Source of the DNA: an uncultured delta proteobacterium
Lineage (GTDB): Bacteria > Desulfobacterota > Desulfobacteria > Desulfobacterales > UBA2156
Length of the DNA stretch: 64,000 bases
Assembly: GCA_963736855.1 (NCBI GenBank)
Contig: CAVTQK010000021.1
Span: forward strand, 320,001-384,000
Direction of reading: 5' to 3'
Shown: in pieces, positions 23,916-34,982 of the stretch
Numbering within the stretch: the first letter of the stretch is position 1
Layout: the number at the start of each line of letters is the position of its first letter
The notes under the pieces: model-generated
The model's input: only the letters and a program-made list of their open reading frames with translations
Told to the model about the DNA's origin: nothing
The model's database searches: none
Position numbers and translations under genes: made by a program

Positions 23916-24620
23916 ATGGAAAAAGTTGATATGATGAAACTGTTAACAAGCTTTTCGAATCCCAAGATGGCAGAGATCGGTTTTTTACCGTTTCTATTTG
24001 TTCTTCTTATATCTTTGGCAAGCGCGTTTTTCATATCGCTCCTATATGTCTACTTCTCAAGTTCGAGTAAAACAGGAAGTAAAATACACCGAAGTTTTCC
24101 ACTACTCGCCGTTTCTATTACGGCAATATTTATTTGTATTCAATTTTCATTGCCTCTTTCTTTAGGACTATTAGGTGCGCTTTCCATTGTCCGATTCAGG
24201 ACCCCGGTTAAGGAACCGGAAGAAATCGGGTTTATTATGTTGGTCATCGCATCGTCTATCAGTTGCGCAATTTTCAATATGCTTTTCTTGGCGATCATCC
24301 TGATTATTGCTGTAATCGCAACTATTATCGTAAGATACAGCAAAGGGATATTGACGGGTAAGGCCACCGGAGGCATGCTGCTCATGAAGGTGCCCAAGGT
24401 TGAATACCGGGAAAAAAACGATGGAATTATCCATGAGATTCATAACTTGCTGCCAAAAGGGAGAATCGACGGAATCACATCAACTGATTTGGAAACAACG
24501 ATATCCTGTTCATTTTCAAAAATGAGCATCGATACGTACTTGGATATACAAAAGCGGCTTCAAACGATTTCAGAAAACGTTAAAGTGAATCTATTTTACA
24601 ATAATCCGGGGGAATTATAG
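23916..24620 (+). CDS. DUF4956-family membrane protein
   Basis: LSLGLLGALSIVRFRTPVKEPEEIGFI signature; 4-5 TM segments plus a soluble C-terminal domain; GGAG upstream of ATG 23916. Confidence 0.85.
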   Translation: MEKVDMMKLLTSFSNPKMAEIGFLPFLFVLLISLASAFFISLLYVYFSSSSKTGSKIHRSFPLLAVSITAIFICIQFSLPLSLGLLGALSIVRFRTPVKEPEEIGFIMLVIASSISCAIFNMLFLAIILIIAVIATIIVRYSKGILTGKATGGMLLMKVPKVEYREKNDGIIHEIHNLLPKGRIDGITSTDLETTISCSFSKMSIDTYLDIQKRLQTISENVKVNLFYNNPGEL

Positions 24621-24694
24621 CCGGATTCTCTCAATATCATCCAAACATTTCTTTTTCCTTCTGAGTTAAATTGCTGAATTTATTGGCCGGTTTG

Positions 24695-26795
24695 ATGCGA
24701 AAAGTTATTATAATATCTATGTCCATGATATTTTTTCTTGCCGTAGGGATCTTTTTTGAAAAATCTCCCTTCTTTAAAAGAAGCAGAGAATATGCACATG
24801 AAAAATCCATTCCGATGGGATTTTTCGACCGTGGACATGGAGCACTGGGGCGCATCTTGAAACAATTATCGGTGATCAGAGTAATTCCGAGAAGATGACC
24901 AGTTCGATCCGATGAAAGCAACGAAAAACAGCGCACTGCTGAAGATCAATATCCAAACCGAAGGGGAAGAGCGATTCCAGGTTTATTGGGCCGATGAAAG
25001 CCATCAGTATGATGAGAGAAGATCGAATATCATTTTTCTCAGAATGAGCGAAAATGATTATTATTTGAACTTAGTCGATCTAAAAACGATTCGGTGGCTG
25101 AGAATCGATCCGACAGATAAGCCCTCAAAAGTGTTGATTAAAGAAATGTCGATTGAGCAGGAAGGATATGACCTGATCCAGTATAAGAAAAATGAAGATT
25201 TTGAAAAAATGATTCCACTCAATGATATCAGAGAAATTTCTTTCGGTTCTGAAGGGGCAACAGTAGTAACTTCAGGCGATGATGCCCATTTTGAAATCTC
25301 AATAGAGGCCAGGGTATCAAAAGAAGCCGATAATAAATTGATGAATGAGAGCATTTTTTCAAAAAAGCGACGGATTACAGAGAATCTTTATACGGTGAAC
25401 CCGGGACGCGCGGAAGAATTTCCAAGCAGCAGACTGGTGAGTAACGAATTGATTCAAAAAAATGTTCCGATCCTTTCGGTTGCAACCGAAGAAGACTCTC
25501 TGCATGGATATCGAAGGGGTATCATCCAAAACTGGTGGCAAAGAGGACAAAACTGGGAACGCTTGGCGTATGTATCCTATTACGAAAACGGAAAGCTGCA
25601 ATTTGCCACAAGCGCCGGACTGCGATTGCAAGGCGGGAGCACTCGAAAAGCAGGAATCAACTTCAGGCTCTATTTTCGAAAAAAATATGGAATGAAAGAA
25701 ATAGAACCCGGAATGATATTCGGTTCGAATACGCAACCGATCAAGAGACTTGTGATATCTTCAGATCGATCGAGCCCAAGATTTAATAACCCCCTTGCAT
25801 TGAAATTGCACGTAAGTCGGTTGCTTAACGCCTGAAATAAAGCCTGTATATTTTCTTTTAAACGGAAAACCACCTGTCGATATCGCATATTTTGTAATCG
25901 AGTGTTTAGATAAAAAACAATGGATAAATCATATCGGACATGACGATTTCATATTTCTTACGTTAAGGACTCAGGAATAATATTCCTGATGATCAAATGC
26001 ATTATGATGAGCTTGAAAAAAAAATCAACCATAAAGAACGCATGACGATGGATGAAGTTTATAAAGATATCGACATCGACAACCTTTCCCGATTCATTAT
26101 CACAACAGTATTTTGCGGAAACTGGGATAATGTTCAGGGAGCAGCGATTTTTAATAGAGAAGAGTGCGGATCCAAAATGGTTCTGGGTGATGTGGGATAT
26201 GGATGTTTCGTTTCTTGATCATGAGAGGGAAAATATTCAAAGGAGAGCTTTGGAAGCAAAAAGGATTTTCAATAACCTTGCAAGATGAATTTAGAATGAC
26301 GCTCTTTAGACGTTTGATGGAGGAGTGCCCGAAATACCATCAATATTTTTTAGAGATTATTTATGGATATATTGAATCATCAAATCAACAAATCTTTTTT
26401 ACTGTCTCAAATCGAAAAATATGAAACAATATCCAAAGCGATGTTTGATTCAAAGCCGTATTTTAATAGTCAAACCATGCGGGAATTCATGGAGAATCGC
26501 TCAGGTTTTCTTAGAAATGATTTAAACAAATATTACGGAGACAAATTCCCAATTAAAGAAAGCGTTCCTTGCACAGGTCGAGGGTCCTCCTGAGATCACT
26601 TATCGAATCGACGGCTATTTGGAAAAGCCGGGGTATCAGGGATGGTATTTCAAAGGCCAGACCATCGATATTCAAATTGAAAAGCCATTTCAGAACCGGT
26701 TTTCTCATTGGATCGTCAATGGGGAGAAAAAAACAGATGAACACCTGATTCTTCCCGTTGACGGTGAGATGGTTATCGAGCCTTCGTTCAACTAA
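24695..26795 (+). CDS. CotH-family kinase 2 with N-terminal anchor and beta-sandwich-like domain; several frameshifts
   Basis: RGQNWER, GLRLQGGSTR, NFRLYFR, GNWDN, WFWVMWDMD across fragments 24671, 24912, 25997, 26052, 26203 and 26363. Tail GPPEITYRIDG...FSHWIVNG...EPSFN stops at 26795. Confidence 0.75.
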
Positions 26796-26840
26796 TAATT
26801 TTATCCCGATTTTTTTAAAACAAAGTTCAATCTTCCTGCC

Positions 26841-28022
26841 ATGAAAATTTTAATGATCGCACCGCAACCCTTTTTTTCACCGAGGGGGACGCCGTTCAGC
26901 GTCTTGTATCGTCTGCATGCCTTATCGAAACTCGGACACCAGGTCGATCTTGTGACCTATCATATCGGAAAAGACGTCCCGATCAAAAACGTTTCGATCA
27001 AACGGATACCGGCGATTCCCTTTGTCAAGAGCATCCGCATCGGACCTTCAAAGATAAAAATCCTGCTGGATTTTTTTATCCTTCTAAAAACCGTTCAACT
27101 GCTGCTTCAGGGGGACTATGACGTCATTCACTCTCACGAAGAGGCCGGCTTCTTCTCGACCTGGCTTGCCAGGATATTCGGTATCAAACACCTCTATGAT
27201 ATGCATTCCTCTTTACCGCAGCAGCTCAACAACTTTAAGTTTACGACATCCAAGTTGTTGATCCATTCTTTTGAAATGCTTGAAAAAAATACACTCAAAA
27301 ATGCCGATGGGGTAATCACCATCTGCCCGGCGCTGTTCGATTACGTGGAGGGGTTGTTTCCCGAAAAAAATCAGGCGCTCATCGAAAACGTGGTGGATAA
27401 TTCCTGGGTTTTGGAATCCGGAAACGAAACCGTTTTTTCTCTGATGCAGCGCTATGGGCTCAAGAACGATTTGAAAATTCTCTATACCGGAACATTCGAA
27501 CCCTATCAAGGGATCGATTTGTTGATTGAATCGGCCAAAGAGGTGGTGAAACACCATTCCGAAGTGACCTTTCTTCTTGTGGGGGGTGATCCGAAACAGA
27601 TTTCGCACTACAGACAGCAGGTTGATGAAGCCGGTTTGGGAAGTCAGGTTATCTTCACAGGGCAGGTGTGGCCTAATCTGATCCCGCTCTTTATCGAACT
27701 TTCGGATATTTTGGTTTCCCCGAGAATTGAAGGAAACAACACGCCGTTAAAAATTTACTCCTATTTAAGATCCGGAAAGCCGATTGTCGCCACCGATCAT
27801 CCGACCCATACCCAGGTCCTTAACGACCAAATCGCGGTATTGACGAAGATGACACCCGAATCGTTTTCCAGTGGAATAATAAAATTGATAAATAACAGTA
27901 AGTTGAGAAAAGAAATATCAGATAAAGCATTAGATATGGCAACTGCCAAATACAGCTTCGAAGGATATCTGTCAAAGACTAAGAAAATATACGAAAGTCT
28001 CGAGATAAAGGCGGGGAACTGA
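26841..28022 (+). CDS. Glycosyltransferase family 4
   Basis: APQPFFSPRGTP, HSHEEA, YTGTFEPYQG, TPLKIYSYL. Confidence 0.9.
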   Translation: MKILMIAPQPFFSPRGTPFSVLYRLHALSKLGHQVDLVTYHIGKDVPIKNVSIKRIPAIPFVKSIRIGPSKIKILLDFFILLKTVQLLLQGDYDVIHSHEEAGFFSTWLARIFGIKHLYDMHSSLPQQLNNFKFTTSKLLIHSFEMLEKNTLKNADGVITICPALFDYVEGLFPEKNQALIENVVDNSWVLESGNETVFSLMQRYGLKNDLKILYTGTFEPYQGIDLLIESAKEVVKHHSEVTFLLVGGDPKQISHYRQQVDEAGLGSQVIFTGQVWPNLIPLFIELSDILVSPRIEGNNTPLKIYSYLRSGKPIVATDHPTHTQVLNDQIAVLTKMTPESFSSGIIKLINNSKLRKEISDKALDMATAKYSFEGYLSKTKKIYESLEIKAGN

Positions 28023-28027
28023 ATCGA

Positions 28028-29941
28028 ATGTGCGGAATCTGTGGCATTGTGAACTTCGAAAAAGAACATCTTGTTGAGCATGAAGATATTCGAAGAATGT
28101 GTCGCGTCATGATCCATCGTGGACCGGATGATGAAGGGATATGGATCGGGAAAAACGTCGGATTGGGGATGCGCCGATTGAGCATTATTGATTTGGTTAC
28201 CGGGAATCAACCGATTACAAATGAAGATGAGTCGATATGGATCGTATGCAACGGCGAGATCTATAATCATCATGAATTGAGGAGCGATCTCGAACAAAAG
28301 GGGCATGTATTCAGGACAAAATCAGACGTGGAATCGATCCTTCATGCCTATGAGGAATACGGTGAAGCGTGTTCGAAGTATTTAAATGGAATGTTCGCCT
28401 TTATTATCTGGGATAGATCGAAAAACCGCTTGCTCGTATCCAGGGACAGGATAGGGAAAAAACCGTTGTATTATTATCATGACAAGAACCGATTCATCTG
28501 CGGCTCGGAACTTAAAGCGATACTCCAGGTGAATGATATTCCTCGGCAGATTGATCTTGAGGCTTTGGATCATTACCTGACGTTTGAATACATTCCGGGT
28601 CCATTATCAATATTTAGAGATATTAAAAAAGTGATGCCGGGTCATTACCTTGTTCTCCAAGATGGGAAGATCCAGACGCGAGCGTACTGGAATATCCAGG
28701 AAAACCACAGCAATCAGAACCTGGCCGAACTCAAACATCATATTCGGGAACTGTTTCAGGATTCAGTTAAAATCCGGCTGATGAGCGATGTTCCTCTGGG
28801 AGCGTTTCTTTCCGGCGGAATCGATTCGAGCATCGTCGTCGCCTTAATGGCACGGGTTATGGATCGACCCGTTAAAACCTTTTCGATCGGCTTTGAAGAA
28901 TCGACGTACAATGAGCTGGAATATACGAGAATCATTGCAAGGCGATTTAAAACCGAACATCATGAATTCATCATCAAACCGGATGCGGTGTCTTTGACGG
29001 AGAAGCTGCTCGGATATCTGGACGAACCGTTGGGGGATTTTTCCATTTTTCCGACGTATCTGGTATCAAAAATGGCGCGTGAATACGTAACGGTCGCCCT
29101 GTCAGGAGATGGAGGGGATGAACTCTTTGCCGGATATGATACGTATATTGCCGACAAAATGGCTTCTTACTATCAAAGGATGCCGAAGTCCGTTCAAAAC
29201 GGTCTGATGGCTAAGTTCGTTAACTCGATCCCGCCGTCGGCGAAGAAGAAAGGGTTTGTAAACCGTTCAAAGCGGTTTATTGAAGGAACACTGTTGCCGA
29301 ACCGGTTGCGGCATGCGCGATGGATGATCTTTTTGCAGCAAAGTGAAAAGGATTTATTGTACGACGAGGATCTGAAAGCGAATCTTTCGGGGACGGATTC
29401 CTATCATTACCTTTACAGCTATTTTAATGAAGCCAGGCAGTACGATCCGAAAGATGAATTGAATCAACAATTATACGTCGACATCAAAACGTATCTGGTT
29501 GACGACATCCTCGTAAAAGTGGACCGCATGAGTATGGCCGAGTCGATAGAAGCAAGAGCGCCGTTTTTGGATTATCGCTTTGTGGAGCTGATAGCATCCA
29601 TCCCTGGAAAATTGAAATTGAAAGGGATGCAAACCAAATGGATATTGAAAGATGCCATGAAAGACCTTTTGCCCAAAGAAATCTTAACCCGAGGGAAGGA
29701 AGGATTCAGCATCCCGATAAAAAATTGGCTGCAAAACGAATTGAGGCCCATGATGATGGATATCCTTTCATCGGATCGGATTGCAAGCGGAGGGTTGTTC
29801 AATTCACAATATATCGATAAAATGAAAATCGAACATCTCAACGGGACCCAGAACCACAGCCATCGTCTTTGGGCGCTGATGGTTTTTGAAATTTGGAAAG
29901 ATAAATATCTGAAACCGGCAAACCCATCAACCTCAACGTAG
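28028..29941 (+). CDS. asnB: Asparagine synthase (glutamine-hydrolysing)-like amidotransferase
   Basis: MCGICG, HRGPD, RRLSIIDL, NGEIYN, FLSGGIDSS, LSGDGGDELF, EARAPFLD. Confidence 0.95.
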   Translation: MCGICGIVNFEKEHLVEHEDIRRMCRVMIHRGPDDEGIWIGKNVGLGMRRLSIIDLVTGNQPITNEDESIWIVCNGEIYNHHELRSDLEQKGHVFRTKSDVESILHAYEEYGEACSKYLNGMFAFIIWDRSKNRLLVSRDRIGKKPLYYYHDKNRFICGSELKAILQVNDIPRQIDLEALDHYLTFEYIPGPLSIFRDIKKVMPGHYLVLQDGKIQTRAYWNIQENHSNQNLAELKHHIRELFQDSVKIRLMSDVPLGAFLSGGIDSSIVVALMARVMDRPVKTFSIGFEESTYNELEYTRIIARRFKTEHHEFIIKPDAVSLTEKLLGYLDEPLGDFSIFPTYLVSKMAREYVTVALSGDGGDELFAGYDTYIADKMASYYQRMPKSVQNGLMAKFVNSIPPSAKKKGFVNRSKRFIEGTLLPNRLRHARWMIFLQQSEKDLLYDEDLKANLSGTDSYHYLYSYFNEARQYDPKDELNQQLYVDIKTYLVDDILVKVDRMSMAESIEARAPFLDYRFVELIASIPGKLKLKGMQTKWILKDAMKDLLPKEILTRGKEGFSIPIKNWLQNELRPMMMDILSSDRIASGGLFNSQYIDKMKIEHLNGTQNHSHRLWALMVFEIWKDKYLKPANPSTST

Positions 29942-30086
29942 ATTTAGCTTTTGAATATCTGTGTTTTGCGATAATCAACATTGAAGGTTCTTTTGCGCCC
30001 TTAGGGATAAACGGTTTTAAAACACATATAAAAATGGTCACAAAGCGAGCAAACTCGAACTTTTAAAGCTTATTTAGTAAACGATC

Positions 30087-31088
30087 ATGAACTGGAAAAA
30101 TAAACACATTCTTGTCACAGGCGGCGCCGGATTTATTGGCTCACACCTGGTGGAAGCGCTTGTTGAAAAAGGAGCGATCGTAACGGTTGCCGACAACTTG
30201 TGGAGAGGGAAAATTGAAAACCTGAAAAACCATGATGCACTCGACTTAATCGACCTTCAGAATGATTTTTTTCAGGTGGATCTTACTCAAAACGAAAATT
30301 GCAGGCGTGTTACACGAAAGCAAGATATGGTTTTTCATTTGGCGGATGTGGTGGCCGGGATCAATTATGTGTTCGGAAATGAGCTGTCGCTTTTTAATTC
30401 CAACGTGTTGATCAACACGAATATGCTTCACGCATCAATCGAATCCCAGGTGGATCAATTCATATATGTCGGAACGGCCTGCAGTTATCCCAAGGAAAAG
30501 CAGAACAAGCTTAATATGCCGCTTTTGAAAGAAGAAGATGTATTTCCAGCCAATCCGGAATCTTCTTATGGTTGGAGCAAACTCATGGGAGAGTATGAAT
30601 GTTCTCTGGCATTAGAAGAAAATTTGATTAATGTTGGAGTGCTCCGTTTGCACAATGTTTATGGACCAAAGACCGATTTTTCTCCCGAAAAATCCCAGGT
30701 GATTCCCTCATTAATTCGGAAAGCGATCAACTACCCTGCAGAGGAATTTATCGTTTGGGGATCCGGTGAACAGCGAAGGGCTTTTATCTATGTTGATGAT
30801 GTTATCGAAGCACTCCTTCTGGTGGCGGAAAAAGGAATGAATCAGGGACCCATTCAAATCGGACCGGATTACAGCACATCGATTCGTGAAATCGCGGAGA
30901 CCATCGTAGCCATTTCAGAAAAGAATATTTCCATTGTTTATGATACATCGAAACGAGAAGGAGACAAAGACAGGGCGGCGGATTGGACAAAAGCCAAAGA
31001 GATTCTTGGCTGGAGTCCCAAAACAACCATAAAAGATGGATTAACCGCAACGTATAACTGGATTAAGGAAAAATTGATAAGCTTGTAA
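30087..31088 (+). CDS. NAD-dependent epimerase, GDP-mannose 3,5-epimerase-like
   Basis: TGGAGFIG, FHLADVVAGI, GTACSYP, PESSYGWSK, RLHNVYGP. Confidence 0.8.
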   Translation: MNWKNKHILVTGGAGFIGSHLVEALVEKGAIVTVADNLWRGKIENLKNHDALDLIDLQNDFFQVDLTQNENCRRVTRKQDMVFHLADVVAGINYVFGNELSLFNSNVLINTNMLHASIESQVDQFIYVGTACSYPKEKQNKLNMPLLKEEDVFPANPESSYGWSKLMGEYECSLALEENLINVGVLRLHNVYGPKTDFSPEKSQVIPSLIRKAINYPAEEFIVWGSGEQRRAFIYVDDVIEALLLVAEKGMNQGPIQIGPDYSTSIREIAETIVAISEKNISIVYDTSKREGDKDRAADWTKAKEILGWSPKTTIKDGLTATYNWIKEKLISL

Positions 31089-31170
31089 AAGGCCGATTTA
31101 CCGGATTCTTGATGCATTGAAGATGCCTCTGACACTCGAACCCTTTAATCCGATTTTATTTGAGGTTTTT

Positions 31171-31893
31171 ATGACACAAAAAGATTTTGATTTTAGTGTA
31201 GTGATTCCCACCTATTTTGAAGAGCAGACCATTGGTTTTGTTCTGGATGAGGTCAATGAGTTAAAAAGCGATCACCACATGGAAGTCATCGTCGTTGACG
31301 ATACCTCGAAGGACAAAACGCGCAATATTGCCGAGGAAAAAGGAGCCCGCGTTCTCATCAATCCCAATAGAAAAGGAAAGGGATCCAGCCTTCTTTATGG
31401 TTTTTCCAAAAGCAAAGGTAAGTATTTGGTCATGATGGATGGCGACGGCTCCCACCGAGCCGTTGATGCTCCAAAACTGCTGGAAGTTTTGGAGAAGGAG
31501 CCGCAGGTGGGGCTGGTCATTGCTTCGAGGATCATGGGCGGAAGCGACGAATACACGCCAATCAAGGCGCTGGGTAATGTTTTTCTGACCTATTTTACAG
31601 GGCTTTTCCTCAAACGCTATTTATCGGATGCCATTAACGGTTTCAAAGCATTCCGAAGAGAAATATTTGACTGTTCCGAATTCGATTCCTATTCATTTGA
31701 CTTGGAAATTGAACTCATCGCGAACACCATGAGAAGAGGTTTTCAGGTAAAGGAAGTCGCCAGCCATGAGAGAGAGCGGTTGGCAGGGGAAGCAAAGGCA
31801 AAGATACTTCAGGATGGAACCCGGTTTTTCTTAAGAATTTTCAAGGAATACCTGAAAAACAGGCGACTGGACAAAAGTTGTAAGTCCGCTTAA
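31171..31893 (+). CDS. GT2, polyprenol-phosphate glycosyltransferase (DPM1-like)
   Basis: VVIPTYFEE, VVDD.S.D, GKG, MDGDGSH, ASR, GFKAFRR, E..ER..GE.K; GAGGT upstream of ATG 31171. Confidence 0.85.
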   Translation: MTQKDFDFSVVIPTYFEEQTIGFVLDEVNELKSDHHMEVIVVDDTSKDKTRNIAEEKGARVLINPNRKGKGSSLLYGFSKSKGKYLVMMDGDGSHRAVDAPKLLEVLEKEPQVGLVIASRIMGGSDEYTPIKALGNVFLTYFTGLFLKRYLSDAINGFKAFRREIFDCSEFDSYSFDLEIELIANTMRRGFQVKEVASHERERLAGEAKAKILQDGTRFFLRIFKEYLKNRRLDKSCKSA

Positions 31894-31961
31894 TGTAGAA
31901 CCGCTCTGCCATTTTGTTCACCACCCAAATCCTTTTTTAGTTTTAGAAAATTTTATCATAA

Positions 31962-33455
31962 ATGAAAGTTCAACTGTTTATTCCGCCGCAAGGATATGTC
32001 GCCCAGCGCTGGTCTGAAGGTAATTCAATGCCTTCTTTGGGGATTTTATTTTTAGCGGCTGTTTTGGAAAAACAAGGGATCGACGTCGATGTCGTACCCA
32101 CCGACATTTTAAAGTTGCATTGGGATGATATTTCAAAAAGAATTGAATCGTTCGCTCCGGATCTTGTGGGCGTCACGACAACAACGGAAAATCGTTTTGA
32201 CAGTTTTAAACTTGTTAAAACGGCTAAAGAAGTGAACCCAAATATCGTTACCATACTTGGCGGGCCCCATATTTCCATGGCCAAAGAGGATACCATCAAG
32301 CACATTAAAGACACGGATATCCTTTGCATTGGAGAAGGCGAACAGACAATCCGTGAACTGACATCCGCGATTGAAAACAAAGAACCTTTGTCGAAAGTGA
32401 AAGGAATTTATTATCGAGGAGAAGGAGGAAGGGCAATCTTCACAGGGCATCAGGAGGCAATTCACGATATCGATACACTGCCGTTTCCGGCAAGGCATCT
32501 CATTCCAATGGAAAAATATAATTTTTTTGTTGAAACCAGGGATGGCAGGAAACGAAAAGCGCAAAACATCATCACATCCCGAGGGTGCCCATTCAACTGT
32601 TACTTCTGTTCAACGCCCGTCAACTGGGGAAGAAAAATGCGAGGACACTCTCCGGAGCGGGTTATTAAAGAAATCGAACATTTGATTGACCGATATGGGG
32701 CCGAATATATATGGTTTTACGATGATACACTGAATTACCACCCGGCAAGACTTCACAAGATCATGGATATGATCATCGAAAGAAAACTGGACATCAAATT
32801 CACCGCCGAATTGCGAATCGATTTGGTCGATAAACCGCTTTTAGAGAAAATGAAGAAAGCGGGGCTTGAAATCGGATCATTCGGAATCGAAGCCGGAAAT
32901 ACTCGGATACGGCAGGATGTGGTCAGAAAGAAATTCGATATAGAGCTCGCCTATCAGTTTTTAAACTGGTCCAAAGAACTCGATTTTATCCCCGGCCCAT
33001 TTTTTATTTTTTCTCACTATACGGAAACGTGGAGCGAAGCCAAAGAAACCGTTGAAATTATGGAAAAAGTAAAATCGATCAATCCGCTCGCAGATATCTC
33101 CAGCGCTATTTTGCACGTCTACCCAGGAACCTATCTCGAGACAATAGCAAAAAAGGAGAAGATCATTCCTTCCGATTTCTCTTGGGCAAAAGAAGAGGAT
33201 ATGAAGCGCGTTCATTCCCTTCCAGCGGCCCAGGGGCATGTTCCGCTGTTCAAGGATAAGCTCAACTGGTGGCAGATTGCCGATCTCGTAATGAGATGGT
33301 CATCTGCCAGCAATAAAAAAATATCGGGTTCAAAGATTAAAAGAACCCTGTCTTCTATAAAAAGCATCAAAGACGTCTTTATCAACATGGTATTTTTTAT
33401 CGTTTTTATAAAACATAAAACCAAGGCGTTCTTTTCAACGCCTAAGCATGCCTAA
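31962..33455 (+). CDS. B12-binding-domain radical SAM protein (class B methyltransferase-like)
   Basis: PSLGILFLAAVL, ILGGPH, GEGE, TSRGCPFNCYFC, FYDD, FGIE. Confidence 0.9.
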   Translation: MKVQLFIPPQGYVAQRWSEGNSMPSLGILFLAAVLEKQGIDVDVVPTDILKLHWDDISKRIESFAPDLVGVTTTTENRFDSFKLVKTAKEVNPNIVTILGGPHISMAKEDTIKHIKDTDILCIGEGEQTIRELTSAIENKEPLSKVKGIYYRGEGGRAIFTGHQEAIHDIDTLPFPARHLIPMEKYNFFVETRDGRKRKAQNIITSRGCPFNCYFCSTPVNWGRKMRGHSPERVIKEIEHLIDRYGAEYIWFYDDTLNYHPARLHKIMDMIIERKLDIKFTAELRIDLVDKPLLEKMKKAGLEIGSFGIEAGNTRIRQDVVRKKFDIELAYQFLNWSKELDFIPGPFFIFSHYTETWSEAKETVEIMEKVKSINPLADISSAILHVYPGTYLETIAKKEKIIPSDFSWAKEEDMKRVHSLPAAQGHVPLFKDKLNWWQIADLVMRWSSASNKKISGSKIKRTLSSIKSIKDVFINMVFFIVFIKHKTKAFFSTPKHA

Positions 33456-34953
33456 ATGTCTGAAATCCATAGAGACGTTGACAAATGCTCCCGTGAAGAG
33501 TTCGACTTAATCATTGTCGGAGGGGGTGTTTATGGAATGATGCTGGCACTCGAATCGGGTTTCCGTAACAAACGCTCTTTATTATTGGAAAAAAACGACT
33601 TTGCCTCCGCAACAAGCTTCAATCACCTTCGAACGCTTCACGGCGGGTTGCGTTATCTTCAATCGATGGATTTGCCGAGGTTTTTTGAATCGGTTCGGGA
33701 ACGGCAATGGTTTTTTGTTCATTTTCCCGATTTCGTGAAGATCTTGCCGTGCATCATGCCGTTGTATGACAAAGGCGTCCGCAGGAAGTCGATTTTAAGA
33801 TTTGCACTCAAGCTGAATGACCGGTTGTCGAAAAAGAGAAATGTGTCGGTTGTTCCTGATAAACACCTGCCGGACGGGTATGTCCTCTCTGATAAAGAAG
33901 TAAAAGAAATTTTTCCCCAAGTCGATGGAAACGGTTTAAAGGGAGGGGCGGTATGGTTTGACGGAATGATAACAGAGCCGGAAAGGCTTTTGATGGAAAT
34001 TCTTCGGTGGTCGTGCGGCATGGGATCAAAAGCCCTCAATTATATTCATGCAACCGAGCTGATCCTTAACAGTGGCAGAACCACAGGAGTCAGGGCATAC
34101 GATAAACAATCCAAGCGTGAACTCGAATTCCAGGCTCCGGTCGTCATCAATGCTGCGGGGCCATGGAACAGGGAAGTTGCCGAAAAATTTGATAGAGATC
34201 ATCCGTCCCTTTTTGAATCATACCTGTTGCTGTGGAATATCTTGTTTAACAGAAAATCGATTTCAGATTTTTCGTTGGCCGTTGCCCCTCGAAAAGGGTC
34301 AGGCCACACGTATTTCATACACAACTGGAAGGGCAGACTTCTTGTGGGAACGGGAGAAGACGCTATTCCCGGACATTGCATCAACGGCCTCCCCACAGAT
34401 CGGCAGATTCAAATATTTATCGACGAAATCCATTCGGCAATCCCCTCGCTCTCACTCGAGAAGGAGGAAATCGATCGAGTATATTGCGGCGTTTTGCCAG
34501 CCGATAAACATCACAATCTCACGAAACGAGAAGTCATTTTAAACCATGAAATGCATGGTGGACCGAAAAATTTGTTCAGCATCTCGGGGATCAAATTCAC
34601 CACTTCTCGGTTGGTGGCGGAAAAAACACTTGATATGGTTTTTCCTGAGGAAAAAAAAGGAGCCCGTAGAAATGCTTCAGCGCCGACTATAAAAAGTACC
34701 AGCAAAAGAGGAGCATTTCCTTTTGACTGGAAACCTCTTGCCGGGTCAAAACCTGTGGCTTGATGATTTAAGATCGATTATTTGCGAAGAATCCGTTCTT
34801 CACTTGGATGACCTGATTTTTCGAAGAACGAATCTGGGTGAAAATATAAATCGCCTGCCGCATGTAATTCCTTCGATTCGCGGTCTCTTCCCGTGGGACG
34901 ACCCAACCTGGGAAGCCGAATTAAATCGACTTCACCTGCCTTTGAGCAACTAA
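33456..34953 (+). CDS. FAD-dependent oxidoreductase, glycerol-3-phosphate dehydrogenase (GlpD)-like; frameshift at ~34750
   Basis: IVGGGVYG, DFASATS, HGGLRYLQ, NAAGPW, GIKFTTSR; C-terminal EESVLHLDDLIFRRT in the next frame. Confidence 0.85.
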
Positions 34954-34982
34954 CCCAGAGATTCCTGTTCTTTTTTCTTTAT

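Noticed and set aside
15883..26795. CotH as evidence of a sporulation locus
   Set aside because: No other spore genes are present, and CotH kinases occur widely in non-sporulating organisms; the context is glycan synthesis.
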